The notes under the pieces were generated by a model that worked only from the letters and a program-made list of their open reading frames with translations, searched no databases and was not told the DNA's origin. 64,000 nt of DNA from Candidatus Poribacteria bacterium (GTDB taxonomy: Bacteria; Poribacteria; WGA-4E; WGA-3G). The position numbers and the translations under genes were made by a program. The stretch is taken from contig OZ219753.1 of assembly GCA_964291315.2 (NCBI GenBank), positions 2,784,001-2,848,000 on the forward strand, in the 5' to 3' direction. Each line of letters opens with the position of its first letter. Position 1 is the stretch's first letter. Shown in pieces: positions 29,459 to 39,206 of this stretch.

Positions 29459-29633
29459 TTGTTAGATTTTTCAATAGAGTCTAACATATTTTAACGATTG
29501 ATGCACTTCTACCAGACTTTGTAATAGAGTTTAACATATTTTGACGATAAAGTCAAACATTTTTTTGATGCCGGCACGTTTTTTTTAGCGTTTTCAATAG
29601 GATCTAACACATTTTGCGGTAGAATCTAACATA
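29459..29633. promoter_or_regulatory. Array of ~22-bp motifs (consensus aaTAGAGTCTAACAtattttga) upstream of the FGE-domain gene
   Basis: Direct copies at 29473, 29523, 29546, 29596 and 29618, plus an inverted partial copy at about 29459-29468. Confidence 0.6.
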
Positions 29634-29997
29634 AGCGTTGCATATTTTGATAATAATTGTTTCCGGGGGCATCATGAGATAGTCTTCTGTCCTACTGAAT
29701 GGAGGATATGGTATCATGAGCGCATTATAGTGTCAAGTCAGCGGCTCAAATGAGCGAGGCGTTGGCGATCGTTCCTCTTATCAGCTACTGTTTCGCGAAT
29801 TTTGGCGATTCTTTAGAGGGCGGTGTCTGCTGTACAACGGGTGAGGATAGCGGTGGCATTGGGACAGCGGTCTTTTTAACGGTTACGGGGGTTTCCGCAT
29901 TTTTCTTGCTGTCAGGGGCTGTGTGTTGTATAATCATTATGTTTTGTATTCTTCAGACTGAATTCACGACAAATCATCATTACAATGGGAGAGATTT

Positions 29998-30798
29998 ATG
30001 CAGGTTGGGCTTATGGAGGGCACAATTCGGCGGGAGACGCTTAGCGAAACGCTGGATGCGGTTGTGGGGTACGGTGTGCGTCACTTACAGTATCATGCGC
30101 CTGTGGCACTACCACTTGCGGAGGTACGCCGAGAATTGGATGCTCGGCAGATGACAATATCAGGGCTCGGAGGCACCTACAATATGATTGATCCCGATGT
30201 TGAGAAGCGGGATGCCGGGTTGCGGAGGTTGCGCTCTATTGCGGAACAGTGCGGGCCGATGGGTACATCCATAATCACGCTCTGTACGGGTACCCGTGAC
30301 GCAGACAGCATGTGGCGCGCGCATCCTGATAATCATTCGGCAGCAGCGTGGCGGGATCTGGTGATGTCTATGCAGCAGGCATTGGAAGTAGCTGAGAGAC
30401 ATGAGGTGACACTTGCGTTTGAACCGGAAGTGGCAAATGTGATTGATTCGGCACAGAAAGCTCGTCGGTTGCTTGATGAGATGCAATCGCCGTATTTAAA
30501 AGTATGTATGGACGGTGCGAATATTTTTCACAAGGGCGAACTTCCAAAGATGCGTGAAATATTAGATGAAGCGTTTCAGCTGCTTGGTCCCGATATTGCA
30601 CTTGCACACGCAAAGGACTTGGATCGGGATGGGCAGGCTGGGCATCTTGCGGCTGGAACAGGGTTGCTGGACTATGAGCAGTATCTCGGCTTGCTAAAGG
30701 CGTGTGGTTATGATGGAGCGGTGGTATTACACGGTCTCTCGGAGGAGCAATTGCCTTATTGCACGGGTTTCTTGCGTGAGAGAATAGCTGCGCTGTAA
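29998..30798 (+). CDS. Sugar phosphate isomerase/epimerase
   Basis: GTYNMIDPD, TLCTGTRD, LAFEPE, DGAN, HAKD. Confidence 0.9.
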   Translation: MQVGLMEGTIRRETLSETLDAVVGYGVRHLQYHAPVALPLAEVRRELDARQMTISGLGGTYNMIDPDVEKRDAGLRRLRSIAEQCGPMGTSIITLCTGTRDADSMWRAHPDNHSAAAWRDLVMSMQQALEVAERHEVTLAFEPEVANVIDSAQKARRLLDEMQSPYLKVCMDGANIFHKGELPKMREILDEAFQLLGPDIALAHAKDLDRDGQAGHLAAGTGLLDYEQYLGLLKACGYDGAVVLHGLSEEQLPYCTGFLRERIAAL

Positions 30799-30858
30799 GC
30801 GTTGTCGCTTTTCGGTAATTTCTCCGGCTGTGGCGAATGGAATGCCTGATGTTTGGTG

Positions 30859-32499
30859 TTAGATGCCATCAGACATCCGTTCTGCTAATCGGGCGAGTGC
30901 GGGCGAGGTGTCCAATTTTTCGAGCTCCGCCTCGATCAGAGTAAAATGGCGTGTCTCAGCAAGTGCTGCTTTAATGGCGTTGTCAAATTCCCCTTCAGTT
31001 CGGACGTGGAACCCGCGTCCTGTTCCAAAGAGCGACGGTATGCCGCTATAGTTCCAGCAGCCTATATCATTGAAAGGGCCTTCAAGCAGTTGGCGCTCGG
31101 TGCCGTATCCGTGATTGTTTAGGACGAGGATGATCGGATTAAAACTGTGGCGTGCAACGGTTGAGAGTTCAGTGCCTGTCATCTGGAAGGCACCATCTCC
31201 TACGATAACAAGGCATCGGGTATCTGGCATGCTCAATTGTGCGCCGACAGACGCTGGCACCGCAAACCCCATTGAGGTATAGTAAGCGGGGCTGATAAAA
31301 TTGGTGTGTTGATGTATCTGTAGCTCTACGGCTCCGAAGAGGCTGTCCCCGACATCGGCGATAACTGTCAGTTCGTCGCTAATAAATTCGTTGAGATGTT
31401 GGAACAAACGGCTAACAGTGAGGGGTGTATCCGGTTCAACAGTGAATGGTTCGGCATCTCGGAGGGTCCAGTCTAGTTTCGGTTTCCGGCGTTTGCGGAG
31501 TTTCGGAGAGTTGATACCGTCAATGAAATCGGCGAACATCACATCTTCATAGGTGCGGTAGCGGACAGTGAGTTTTTCGGACGTAGCATAAATGGAGCGT
31601 CCACGATCGAGATTTGCGGTATAAATTCCGAGGTTCACGTCAGTCATGAAAGCCCCGAGGATGATGACACAGTCCGAATCTTCAACAAATTCTCTAACGT
31701 CCTTTTTACCCATTGCTCCTTCATAAATTCCCAAGTAGAGTGGATGTGATTCGGGTATCACAGATTTTCCGAGGAGTGTTGCCACGACAGGTATTCGTTT
31801 TTCTTCCACCAGCCGGATCAATTTGTCCTGATAGCCGAATCTGTGTAGTTCTACGCCTGCGAGGATTACGGGTTTTTTGCTCTTGTTGATAAAGTTGCAT
31901 GCGTCTTCAACGGCGGCGTCCAACACTTCTGGATCGCTAATATGTTGACTGGTTGAAGGCGCTTGATAGCGTGTGCCGCGGGCATCTACCCTATCGCGCG
32001 GGATCTCAATGTATCCTGGGCGTTTATAGCGATAGACGGCGTCAAGCACCCGGTCGATGTCGTTGAAAGCGGTGAAAGGTGTGTCGAGCAGTGCGGTCGC
32101 GACGGTTATCTCGTCGTAGATGCGTTGCTGTGTATGGAAGTCCCTGACTTTATGGTGCAGGAGTGCGTCGTTCGCGCGTTCCTTGATGCCGGGTGCTCCG
32201 CTGATAACGACGATGGGCGATTTTTCGGCGTAAGCCCCTGCTACGGCATTCACCGTTGACAACCCGCCAACGCAATAAGTGACACAGATAGCCCCCATTC
32301 CTCTTGTACGGGCGTATGCATCTGCTGCATACCCTGCTGCGTCCTCACGAGTCATGCCGATGTGTTGAATGGGACTCTGCTCAATACAGTTATAGAATCG
32401 CAACACGTAGTCCCCGGGGACGCCAAAGATGTGTTCAATACCGTAGCTTTCGAGTTTTCTGAGTAAGTATTCACCGATGGTTGGTGTTCTGTTTTGCAC
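30859..32499 (-). CDS. TPP-dependent alpha-keto acid decarboxylase (indolepyruvate/pyruvate decarboxylase family)
   Basis: FGVPGDY, AGYAADAYAR, LLHH, DVGD, and the TPP motif GDGAFQM...LNNHGY. Confidence 0.92.
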   Translation of the reverse strand: MQNRTPTIGEYLLRKLESYGIEHIFGVPGDYVLRFYNCIEQSPIQHIGMTREDAAGYAADAYARTRGMGAICVTYCVGGLSTVNAVAGAYAEKSPIVVISGAPGIKERANDALLHHKVRDFHTQQRIYDEITVATALLDTPFTAFNDIDRVLDAVYRYKRPGYIEIPRDRVDARGTRYQAPSTSQHISDPEVLDAAVEDACNFINKSKKPVILAGVELHRFGYQDKLIRLVEEKRIPVVATLLGKSVIPESHPLYLGIYEGAMGKKDVREFVEDSDCVIILGAFMTDVNLGIYTANLDRGRSIYATSEKLTVRYRTYEDVMFADFIDGINSPKLRKRRKPKLDWTLRDAEPFTVEPDTPLTVSRLFQHLNEFISDELTVIADVGDSLFGAVELQIHQHTNFISPAYYTSMGFAVPASVGAQLSMPDTRCLVIVGDGAFQMTGTELSTVARHSFNPIILVLNNHGYGTERQLLEGPFNDIGCWNYSGIPSLFGTGRGFHVRTEGEFDNAIKAALAETRHFTLIEAELEKLDTSPALARLAERMSDGI

Positions 32500-32568
32500 A
32501 ATGGTACCCTCTTATGTCTGTTTGTTCCCTAAAAATTTTGGATGTCAACATGAGCGGTATCTGGAACT

Positions 32569-33378
32569 TTAATCTTTTCGTAGTAGCTGTAGTTGCTTAT
32601 TGTATGCGTTCTGGATTAAGTATCTTTCCGACTCAAGTCGGTCAAGTGCAAATTCATAATATGCAGGTACAATCTCAAAGCCTATATAATGGCGTTCCTT
32701 CATTTTGCTGACGACAGCGACCTGCCCGGATCCTAAAAACGGGTCCAAAACGACATCTCCTTTTTGGCTAGAATAATCCAGGATTTTCTCAATGAGCGCC
32801 ATCGGCAATTTGGTGGGCGTTTTAACTGCGCCTTGCCAATATTCTCTCTTGATTTCCCACACATCTTCTTTGTCTTTATAGTGTGCTGATCCGCCGTTTT
32901 CTGTTTTTGTATCTTTATCAAATCGGCAATACGGATAAAACTTCCGTTTTCTATCGTTTTTACACAGGAAAAGGCAGTGGTAGTGAGAGGTGACGTATTT
33001 ACGTTTGGTAACAACTCCAAACTGATATTTCCAAATCAGGTGATTGACTGTAGTAAGTTCACACTCATCAATCGCTATCAAAATATCTTTTAAGTGATTC
33101 CAACCAGAGAAGATATACATACTGCCGGATTCTTTTAGAATTCTGGTTGCGGCTGAAAGCCATTCAAGCGTGAAGGTGAAATAGTCGTCTGCTTCAATCT
33201 CATTGTAACCTTGAAGGACTCGGCTCCCTTTTCGATTGTAGTTGTGTCGAGTGGCTTTGAAGTCGATAGCAAAGGGTGGATCGGTTATAATGAGATCAAC
33301 ACATTCATCCGGTATCTTGGCCATCAACTTAATACAGTCGCCCTGTTTGATGGTGTCAATGTATTCGGGATGTTTCAT
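32569..33378 (-). CDS. Solitary beta-class DNA methyltransferase (N4/N6 family)
   Basis: TDPPF motif IV, PTKLP, DPFLGSG motif I; no adjacent nuclease; start at ATG 33378. Confidence 0.9.
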   Translation of the reverse strand: MKHPEYIDTIKQGDCIKLMAKIPDECVDLIITDPPFAIDFKATRHNYNRKGSRVLQGYNEIEADDYFTFTLEWLSAATRILKESGSMYIFSGWNHLKDILIAIDECELTTVNHLIWKYQFGVVTKRKYVTSHYHCLFLCKNDRKRKFYPYCRFDKDTKTENGGSAHYKDKEDVWEIKREYWQGAVKTPTKLPMALIEKILDYSSQKGDVVLDPFLGSGQVAVVSKMKERHYIGFEIVPAYYEFALDRLESERYLIQNAYNKQLQLLRKD

Positions 33379-33498
33379 TCTGTTCCTTATTGCGGGAATA
33401 TGTGCGTTATCGTTGCGTTTCTGGCTTTCAATTTCCAGGCCCTGCTCCAAAAGTCGCGATGACGCATCTTACGAGCGATTCTTTCCTTTTGTGGGGGT

Positions 33499-33948
33499 TC
33501 AAAATTGTTTTTCGCTGTCCAATAAAATTGTGACGGGCCCGTCGTTAACCAGTTGTACATCCATCATTGCCTGAAAAATGCCGCCTTGTGTCGGTATATT
33601 CTGTTTTTCCAGTGCAATAATGAATTGTTCATAGAGCGCGTTCGCCGGTTCTGGGCGGGCGGCTTCTATGAAACTGGGTCGTCGTCCTTTACGGCAGTCG
33701 CCGTAGAGCGTAAATTGCGAAACAACGAGGGCTGCCCCGCGGATTTCGAAAAGGGAGCGATTCATTTTGCCTTCTTCGTCTTCGAAGATCCGGAGATGGG
33801 CGACTTTATTAGCGATATATTGAATTTCTGTTGCGGTATCTTTGTGGGCGATGCCGAGAAGAACAAGAACGCCTGTCCCGATTTCAGAGATGGGTTTGCC
33901 TTGCACTTTAACACTTGCGGATTTGACGCGTTGAATGACTGCTCTCAT
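33499..33948 (-). CDS. dtd: D-aminoacyl-tRNA deacylase
   Basis: [29 protein letters not shown]. Confidence 0.97.
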   Translation of the reverse strand: MRAVIQRVKSASVKVQGKPISEIGTGVLVLLGIAHKDTATEIQYIANKVAHLRIFEDEEGKMNRSLFEIRGAALVVSQFTLYGDCRKGRRPSFIEAARPEPANALYEQFIIALEKQNIPTQGGIFQAMMDVQLVNDGPVTILLDSEKQF

Positions 33949-33971
33949 TGGTGCTTCTTGAGTCTTTTCTG

Positions 33972-34946
33972 TTAAAACAGCAAATTCTCGCCTTCGAGTG
34001 CTTGGGTACCGTCGCCGCCGAAGGTGAGGTTGAATTGGAAGCCGGGCCGGCTGTTGAACCCGAATTGACATGCAAGTGTATTTGAGATTTCGTAGCGGAG
34101 TGTGAGTCCGATGAGGTTTGTCACGTGCACGCCGGCGTAGGGCAGTTCGCGTGCGAAGTCGGCTACTAGCCACATATCCTCTGAGACGGCGACTTCAGTG
34201 CCTACCTGCCAATTGAGGGTAAAGAAGTCGGTTGTTTTTAGGGCCTTTGAGGTTAGGAAGACGCCGACGCCTGCATGAACTCTGAAAAGCCCGCTAAATC
34301 TTTGAGTGCCTATCAGATAGGTATTGACTCCTAGAAAGGGGAATCCGTTTGCTGGGGTGTGGTCGAGGAATTCATTATCTGAATTGAGTCGGTCATCTGC
34401 AGTAAAGCCGAATTGTGCGTCGCCGCCGACAGAGAGGCTTGGCAAATTATCGTTTCGTTCTGGTTTGATATTGTATTTGAGTCCGATGATGCCATCAAAT
34501 AAGGGTTGTTCATAGACACGTCGGTTAAGATTCGGTTCTGCGCCATTTTCTGCGTTGGTACCGTAGAAGTCATAGATAACTTTCCGTGCGCCTCCTGTTG
34601 AAAATGTGCCGCCGAGTATGAGCTCGAGTCTGTCGCTTAATCCGTAAGCGAATCTTACGGGTATAAAGAAAGTCTCAATCTCAAACGTTACGCGGTGTGA
34701 CTCTTCAAACCCGCCGATGTCTACGTTTTGGCTTAAATCGGGTAGCAGGTCAACTTTGGCGTATTGAAGGAGGCCGACTGTGGTGCTAGAGCCTCCTTTG
34801 CCGATCGGTTCCGCTGTTTGGATGTTATTGAGATGTGAGACGGCTGGCAATTGTGCTGCAACTGGCATCGCGGTGCTAACGAGAAGTAAGGTGCAGAGCG
34901 TGTAAATGAGGTATTGTATATTGTGTTTTCTATGTGTAAGGTGCAT
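33972..34946 (-). CDS. Secreted or outer-membrane beta-rich hypothetical protein
   Basis: Signal peptide, alternating amphipathic beta segments, terminal Phe. Confidence 0.65.
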   Translation of the reverse strand: MHLTHRKHNIQYLIYTLCTLLLVSTAMPVAAQLPAVSHLNNIQTAEPIGKGGSSTTVGLLQYAKVDLLPDLSQNVDIGGFEESHRVTFEIETFFIPVRFAYGLSDRLELILGGTFSTGGARKVIYDFYGTNAENGAEPNLNRRVYEQPLFDGIIGLKYNIKPERNDNLPSLSVGGDAQFGFTADDRLNSDNEFLDHTPANGFPFLGVNTYLIGTQRFSGLFRVHAGVGVFLTSKALKTTDFFTLNWQVGTEVAVSEDMWLVADFARELPYAGVHVTNLIGLTLRYEISNTLACQFGFNSRPGFQFNLTFGGDGTQALEGENLLF

Positions 34947-35063
34947 TATATTTATCCTTAAGAGTTGTGAGTGTTATAGCTATGGGTGCGTGGTGCGTAT
35001 AGTTTATATTGCTACTGTAGAACTTTCTTATTGAGAGTTGACGGCGGGTCAGTGGCTGTCCTT

Positions 35064-36176
35064 TTACGGTATTGCTTCCACCAGTGCGCTTTCGTCGCGC
35101 CGTCCATCGGGACCCGGGCTGTCGTCAAAGGCGGTGATGTAGTATTTCCTGAATTCTAATGACTGCCCTACGATGATGGGGTCTTCGCCAATGATTGTGA
35201 TGTTGCGGTCCTTGCGCCCGGCTCTGGGGCGCGGGAGTAGATTTCCGTCTGAATCTCTGGTATAGAGTTGATACCCGTCGAGATCGGGTTCGGTGTTGGG
35301 GTTCCAGGAGATAAAAGCGTCGTATTTTGTATTAATTGGGGACCGGCGGAGATAACGGACTCGGACGTTTTTCGGTGGTGCGGGCGGTAGGTTTGGTGCG
35401 GCTGCGGTAATTACGGTAATTGCTTCTGCCCCAAACTCGTCAACCCCTGCGATGCGATAGATTTTTCGGATGCCGTCGTTCTCAAAATGATGGTCAAAAT
35501 AGTAGAGCTGATCCCGCTTTGGTTCAGCGATCAGTTTGAACCGAAGTGCTTTGTCTTCTCCGGTGTCAAGTGCTGCGTAGACGCGAAAAATGGAGAAATC
35601 ATATGGGAATTCGTAGCCGTCCCAAAAGAGCTTGACGGTGAGATCGGTGGGGTCGCCGAGGGTTACGGTAGGTGGGGGCGGTGGCACACTGGGTGTAGCG
35701 AGTGCGGTTTTCCAGCTGCGCCGCGGTTCTTCGTTATCAGTTGGCGGATTTGTCGGATCTGGTGTTTCAACCCCGTTGCTATCTACATAGGTTAGGCGAT
35801 ATTCGTAAGCAAGGATGCGGCCGGAGGTGTCGCGGCGATCGTTTTGGAGGTTTAGGGTATCAACGAATTCGTTGGCGGGTGCGTCAATAGATCCGATGTG
35901 CTTGAATTGTGTATCGGTTCCGCCTGTAGAGCGTCTGTAAATACGGTATTCTTTAATACCTTCCTGGCCTGTGTCGATCCATGTGACTCGTACTTGCTGG
36001 TCTCCGGCGAAGAGTTCAAGGCCGTCTGGTGCGCCGGCGGTGCGCAGATTCTCTGGATCGAGGGGATTCGCGAAGTCTTCTGTATTTGTGCAAGCAATCA
36101 ATACAAGGAGGACGAGGCATATCGGAAAGCTTAGGGAAAGAGTCTTACCGCTGAATAGGGGTTGGATTAAATACAT
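35064..36176 (-). CDS. Putative lipoprotein with fibronectin type III-like domains
   Basis: Lipobox LIAC followed by NPLDP; repeated W...(G)YxxYR and PPAPPKN FN3 patterns. Confidence 0.75.
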   Translation of the reverse strand: MYLIQPLFSGKTLSLSFPICLVLLVLIACTNTEDFANPLDPENLRTAGAPDGLELFAGDQQVRVTWIDTGQEGIKEYRIYRRSTGGTDTQFKHIGSIDAPANEFVDTLNLQNDRRDTSGRILAYEYRLTYVDSNGVETPDPTNPPTDNEEPRRSWKTALATPSVPPPPPTVTLGDPTDLTVKLFWDGYEFPYDFSIFRVYAALDTGEDKALRFKLIAEPKRDQLYYFDHHFENDGIRKIYRIAGVDEFGAEAITVITAAAPNLPPAPPKNVRVRYLRRSPINTKYDAFISWNPNTEPDLDGYQLYTRDSDGNLLPRPRAGRKDRNITIIGEDPIIVGQSLEFRKYYITAFDDSPGPDGRRDESALVEAIP

Positions 36177-36330
36177 TCTGTTTTCTCCTGTGAAGACATT
36201 TTAAGAAAATCCACGTGCATTTCTATAGCATACCACCGCGTATCTACGAGATCAGTTTTTAACCTCCATGTGATGGTGAAGTTTCCGAGTATCGCGGGGC
36301 TTCCGTTAGCTTTTTCCTATCCACTGTAGG

Positions 36331-36873
36331 TTAAAAGAGGTGCAGGAGGCGCAGACTAGCGCAATGCGTTTGAAAGTCATAATGTGGTTGTAATTGGAGC
36401 GTGGTGCGTGGGAGCAACAGGCCAGTGTTTCGAGAGAGACGGTCTGCGGAGCCAATTAGGCGTATCTTTGATCCCTCGACGTTGATTTTTGTCCCGTGTT
36501 CGCCGGAACCTGTGTCCTCTACAGGTTCGGGTGTGACTATCTGATTATAGCATGAAAAAAGCACAGCAAGTCCAATACATCCGCTGCCAATGCTGGCCAT
36601 GATGGTACCGGCATTTCGTCTCGCGCGGAAAGCATTTTTGTGGGTTTGGATGTCGGATTGGATTGCGGCGTTGAGATAGGTATCGTATCTGTCTTGAGCG
36701 GAGGCTTTGAGAATGCTGCTGCCAAATTGAAGGCTCATGCCGGAGGCAAAGAGTGCTATCGATAGGACACGTGAGCGTCGTGCTGCCTCGGCTTGTCCTG
36801 CTGTTAAGATAAAAATGAGGGCGCAACTGCACGCGAATGCGATATATTTTTGAGAGGTGCTATAGGCTTTCAT
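36331..36873 (-). CDS. Hypothetical membrane protein
   Basis: Signal peptide plus two hydrophobic segments flanking a YDTYLNA helix. Confidence 0.65.
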   Translation of the reverse strand: MKAYSTSQKYIAFACSCALIFILTAGQAEAARRSRVLSIALFASGMSLQFGSSILKASAQDRYDTYLNAAIQSDIQTHKNAFRARRNAGTIMASIGSGCIGLAVLFSCYNQIVTPEPVEDTGSGEHGTKINVEGSKIRLIGSADRLSRNTGLLLPRTTLQLQPHYDFQTHCASLRLLHLF

Positions 36874-37070
36874 AGGTTTATTCCTTTATCTATATTACCG
36901 GACTTCTTACTATAAAGTTTACCTCATATGTTTTATAAAGTCAATGCTTTTTGGTGACGGGGCAAGGCGGTTCGGGTTCCTATGTGGAGGCTTTCCGCCG
37001 AATCCCGATTCGGTCTAAAACCATCAGAAGTCCGAAGACTAAACAGGTCTAGCGCCGCGGTCGAGTACAA

Positions 37071-37099
37071 TTGACATTCGACAAAGGACATGGTAACAT
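37071..37099 (+). promoter_or_regulatory. Sigma70-type promoter
   Basis: TTGACA, 17-nt spacer (TG extension), TAACAT. Confidence 0.45.
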
Positions 37100-37185
37100 T
37101 AAAAAGAACTTTATATAATCAAGGTTGTCTTAATTATAAATGGAATTTTGTGCTCACACTTGAGAAAAACAGAGGAGACAAATAG

Positions 37186-38016
37186 ATGAAGTTGAGAATT
37201 GCTAATAGCCAGCATAGCGTTATCGCGAAGTTCGGTGTCGGATGTATAGTGTGCCTGTTTCTTGGTTTTGCGATACTGCTGTACGCGCAAGATAAGACAA
37301 AGCCTGGGGTTGCTGCCGCAAAGCCGGAAATGGATTCTGCGAACAAAACAGAAGTGTCGAAAATGAAGGAGCAGGCTCAACCTAGAATGAAAGGATCTCG
37401 TCAGCGTCAAAACCGTGCTAAAGCTGATTTCGGAGAGAATGCGGCTTTCTACGAAGTGATCATTGATAACAATCTCTTTCGGCCGCTGGGCTGGAGGCCT
37501 CCGAATAACGAACCTGCCTACAGTGTAGTCGGTACTGCTGTTGATGTCGATGGTGTGATAGCACAAGCGACGCTGCTGGAAAAAAGGTCGAATCGCTATC
37601 ATTTTGTTACTATAGGCGATCAATTAGGAGATATGACAGTAAAAGAGATTCAAGCGAGACAGGTGATATTGGAAAAAGGTGGCAAACCGATAACACTGAA
37701 GACAAATGCACTCGAGTTTCTCACAACGAGCCCGCGGGGTGGGGGCAGAAGTGGCAGGGGAGGTGAAGGTGGATTCGGAAGAGAATCGGATAATGCGGGT
37801 AGAGGCGAGGCCAACGTCAAACGGCAGCAAATGGAAGCTGAAAAACGTAGGCAGATGGAAAAGCAGGAGCAAGGTAAGACGTTAGGAATAGATCCTGAAG
37901 AGTTAAAAGAAAAGCTTAAAGATGCCTCGCCAGCGGAACGTCGGGAAATAATGCGGGAAATTAGAAGACGGTCGGGTGAAAGAAGAGGACGTAACAGACA
38001 GCGAAGAGACAGGTAG
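37186..38016 (+). CDS. Bitopic protein with a GspC/PilP-like HR domain and a charged low-complexity tail
   Basis: TM helix; NLFRP...VVGT...IGDQLGDMTVKEIQARQVILEKGGK; Arg/Glu-rich C-terminus. Confidence 0.6.
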   Translation: MKLRIANSQHSVIAKFGVGCIVCLFLGFAILLYAQDKTKPGVAAAKPEMDSANKTEVSKMKEQAQPRMKGSRQRQNRAKADFGENAAFYEVIIDNNLFRPLGWRPPNNEPAYSVVGTAVDVDGVIAQATLLEKRSNRYHFVTIGDQLGDMTVKEIQARQVILEKGGKPITLKTNALEFLTTSPRGGGRSGRGGEGGFGRESDNAGRGEANVKRQQMEAEKRRQMEKQEQGKTLGIDPEELKEKLKDASPAERREIMREIRRRSGERRGRNRQRRDR

Positions 38017-38039
38017 CGTTTGATTGTTTTAACCTTTAT

Positions 38040-38067
38040 AGGCGCGGTTTTAAACCGCGCCTTTTTT
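38040..38067 (+). terminator. Intrinsic terminator or REP-like palindrome between convergent genes
   Basis: AGGCGCGGTTT-T-AAACCGCGCCT followed by a T run. Confidence 0.75.
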
Positions 38068-38077
38068 ATTTTCGACG

Positions 38078-38896
38078 TTATGCTGCCTCTTGTTGATTCT
38101 CTGGTATATTTTCGAGGCGTGAGAGCCAATAGCCGATGTCAAACGAGTCGTCGCCACTAAGGAAACGCCACTGCCTGATACGGTTGACAATTTCAAGTCT
38201 TACATCGTTTCCATACCATTTGTGGTTTCTGCCCAAAATACCGTGGATGCTTGCTGTGTCGATATCGTCTGTGTTCCAAAGTCGGCACTGCCGGACCGTG
38301 GGGTTGAGCCGGAGTTTGAACATATAGCGCGTGCGGTTCGTAAGATTTGGTTGTGCGCAGTGCCACATTCCGTGGTGTACAACAAGAAGCGTGCCGGCTT
38401 TACAGACAACGGGCATTTGTCCGAGGAAGTTTTGGTAACGTCCGATGTCTGTCTCACAGACGCGGCGGTAGTGGCTTCCTGGTAAGATCATTGTTCCGCC
38501 CATTTCGCGCGGTGTGTCGTGTGAGAAATAGAAAAATTGGATGTCAAAATGCATCCGTAGGTCGATGATGGCGTCGGCGTGCCAAATTTGTCCTATTTCA
38601 TTTTCGGGTTTGACGATATGAACAGCATGATGGTCGTAAAGCGGGTTTTCACCGACGAGGCTGTGGATAATGCCTTTCACTTCCGGGAGTTGGAAGACTT
38701 TAGCGACAGCAGAGTCGTTCTGCCAGACTTCATTTAAAGTTGTGCCGCCGCGCCCGCGTACAACGACCCCGGCTTCCATTTCTGCGTGTGCAGCTTCGTT
38801 TAATTCGCGAGGGATCAATTCGTCGAAGCGGAGGTAGCCGTCTGCAACAAAGCTTGCCATTTGTGCCGTACTGAGTAAATTCTTTTTGTCAATCAT
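38078..38896 (-). CDS. Phytanoyl-CoA dioxygenase (PhyH) family Fe/2OG oxygenase
   Basis: WHAD (HxD), GGTMILPGSH, MWHC, R at RYMFK. Confidence 0.9.
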   Translation of the reverse strand: MIDKKNLLSTAQMASFVADGYLRFDELIPRELNEAAHAEMEAGVVVRGRGGTTLNEVWQNDSAVAKVFQLPEVKGIIHSLVGENPLYDHHAVHIVKPENEIGQIWHADAIIDLRMHFDIQFFYFSHDTPREMGGTMILPGSHYRRVCETDIGRYQNFLGQMPVVCKAGTLLVVHHGMWHCAQPNLTNRTRYMFKLRLNPTVRQCRLWNTDDIDTASIHGILGRNHKWYGNDVRLEIVNRIRQWRFLSGDDSFDIGYWLSRLENIPENQQEAA

Positions 38897-39171
38897 TAGA
38901 TTTTCTCCAGTTTCTCAAGGATATATTCGAACCTGAGATATGAAGTGTGATATTCCGTGCCTGGGTAGGCGGGGAATTGTTGTGGGAATTGGATGACTCG
39001 CCAGCCGTCTTGCATAGCATCCACGACTGAGTTATAGGGTGGAGTCTCGCTGTCTCCTGTGGTATAGCGTTTTTGACCGGTGCCGTCGTACATTGCCCAA
39101 GCGACAACGCCGCTGTTCAAATCGGGGGTGTGCAGATGCAACACGAGGAGTTGTTGTCTTAATTCAGACAT
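38896..39171 (-). CDS. Small hypothetical protein translationally coupled to PhyH
   Basis: TAATG stop/start overlap; AGGAG RBS; YDGTG...PPY...DGWRVIQ motif. Confidence 0.75.
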   Translation of the reverse strand: MSELRQQLLVLHLHTPDLNSGVVAWAMYDGTGQKRYTTGDSETPPYNSVVDAMQDGWRVIQFPQQFPAYPGTEYHTSYLRFEYILEKLEKI

Positions 39172-39206
39172 AATACGAATTGTTTCTCCTTAACACTTCG
39201 TGGAGT

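Noticed and set aside
29459-29633. CRISPR array
   Set aside because: The repeats are degenerate, the spacing alternates between about 23 and 50 bp with no uniform spacers, and there are no cas genes.
29750-30154. 134-aa ORF upstream of the isomerase
   Set aside because: It overlaps the real gene in another frame, spans the probable promoter and has no motif support.
33949-34173. N-terminal extension of Dtd in the ORF track
   Set aside because: It overlaps the upstream gene; the true start is MRAVIQRV at 33948.
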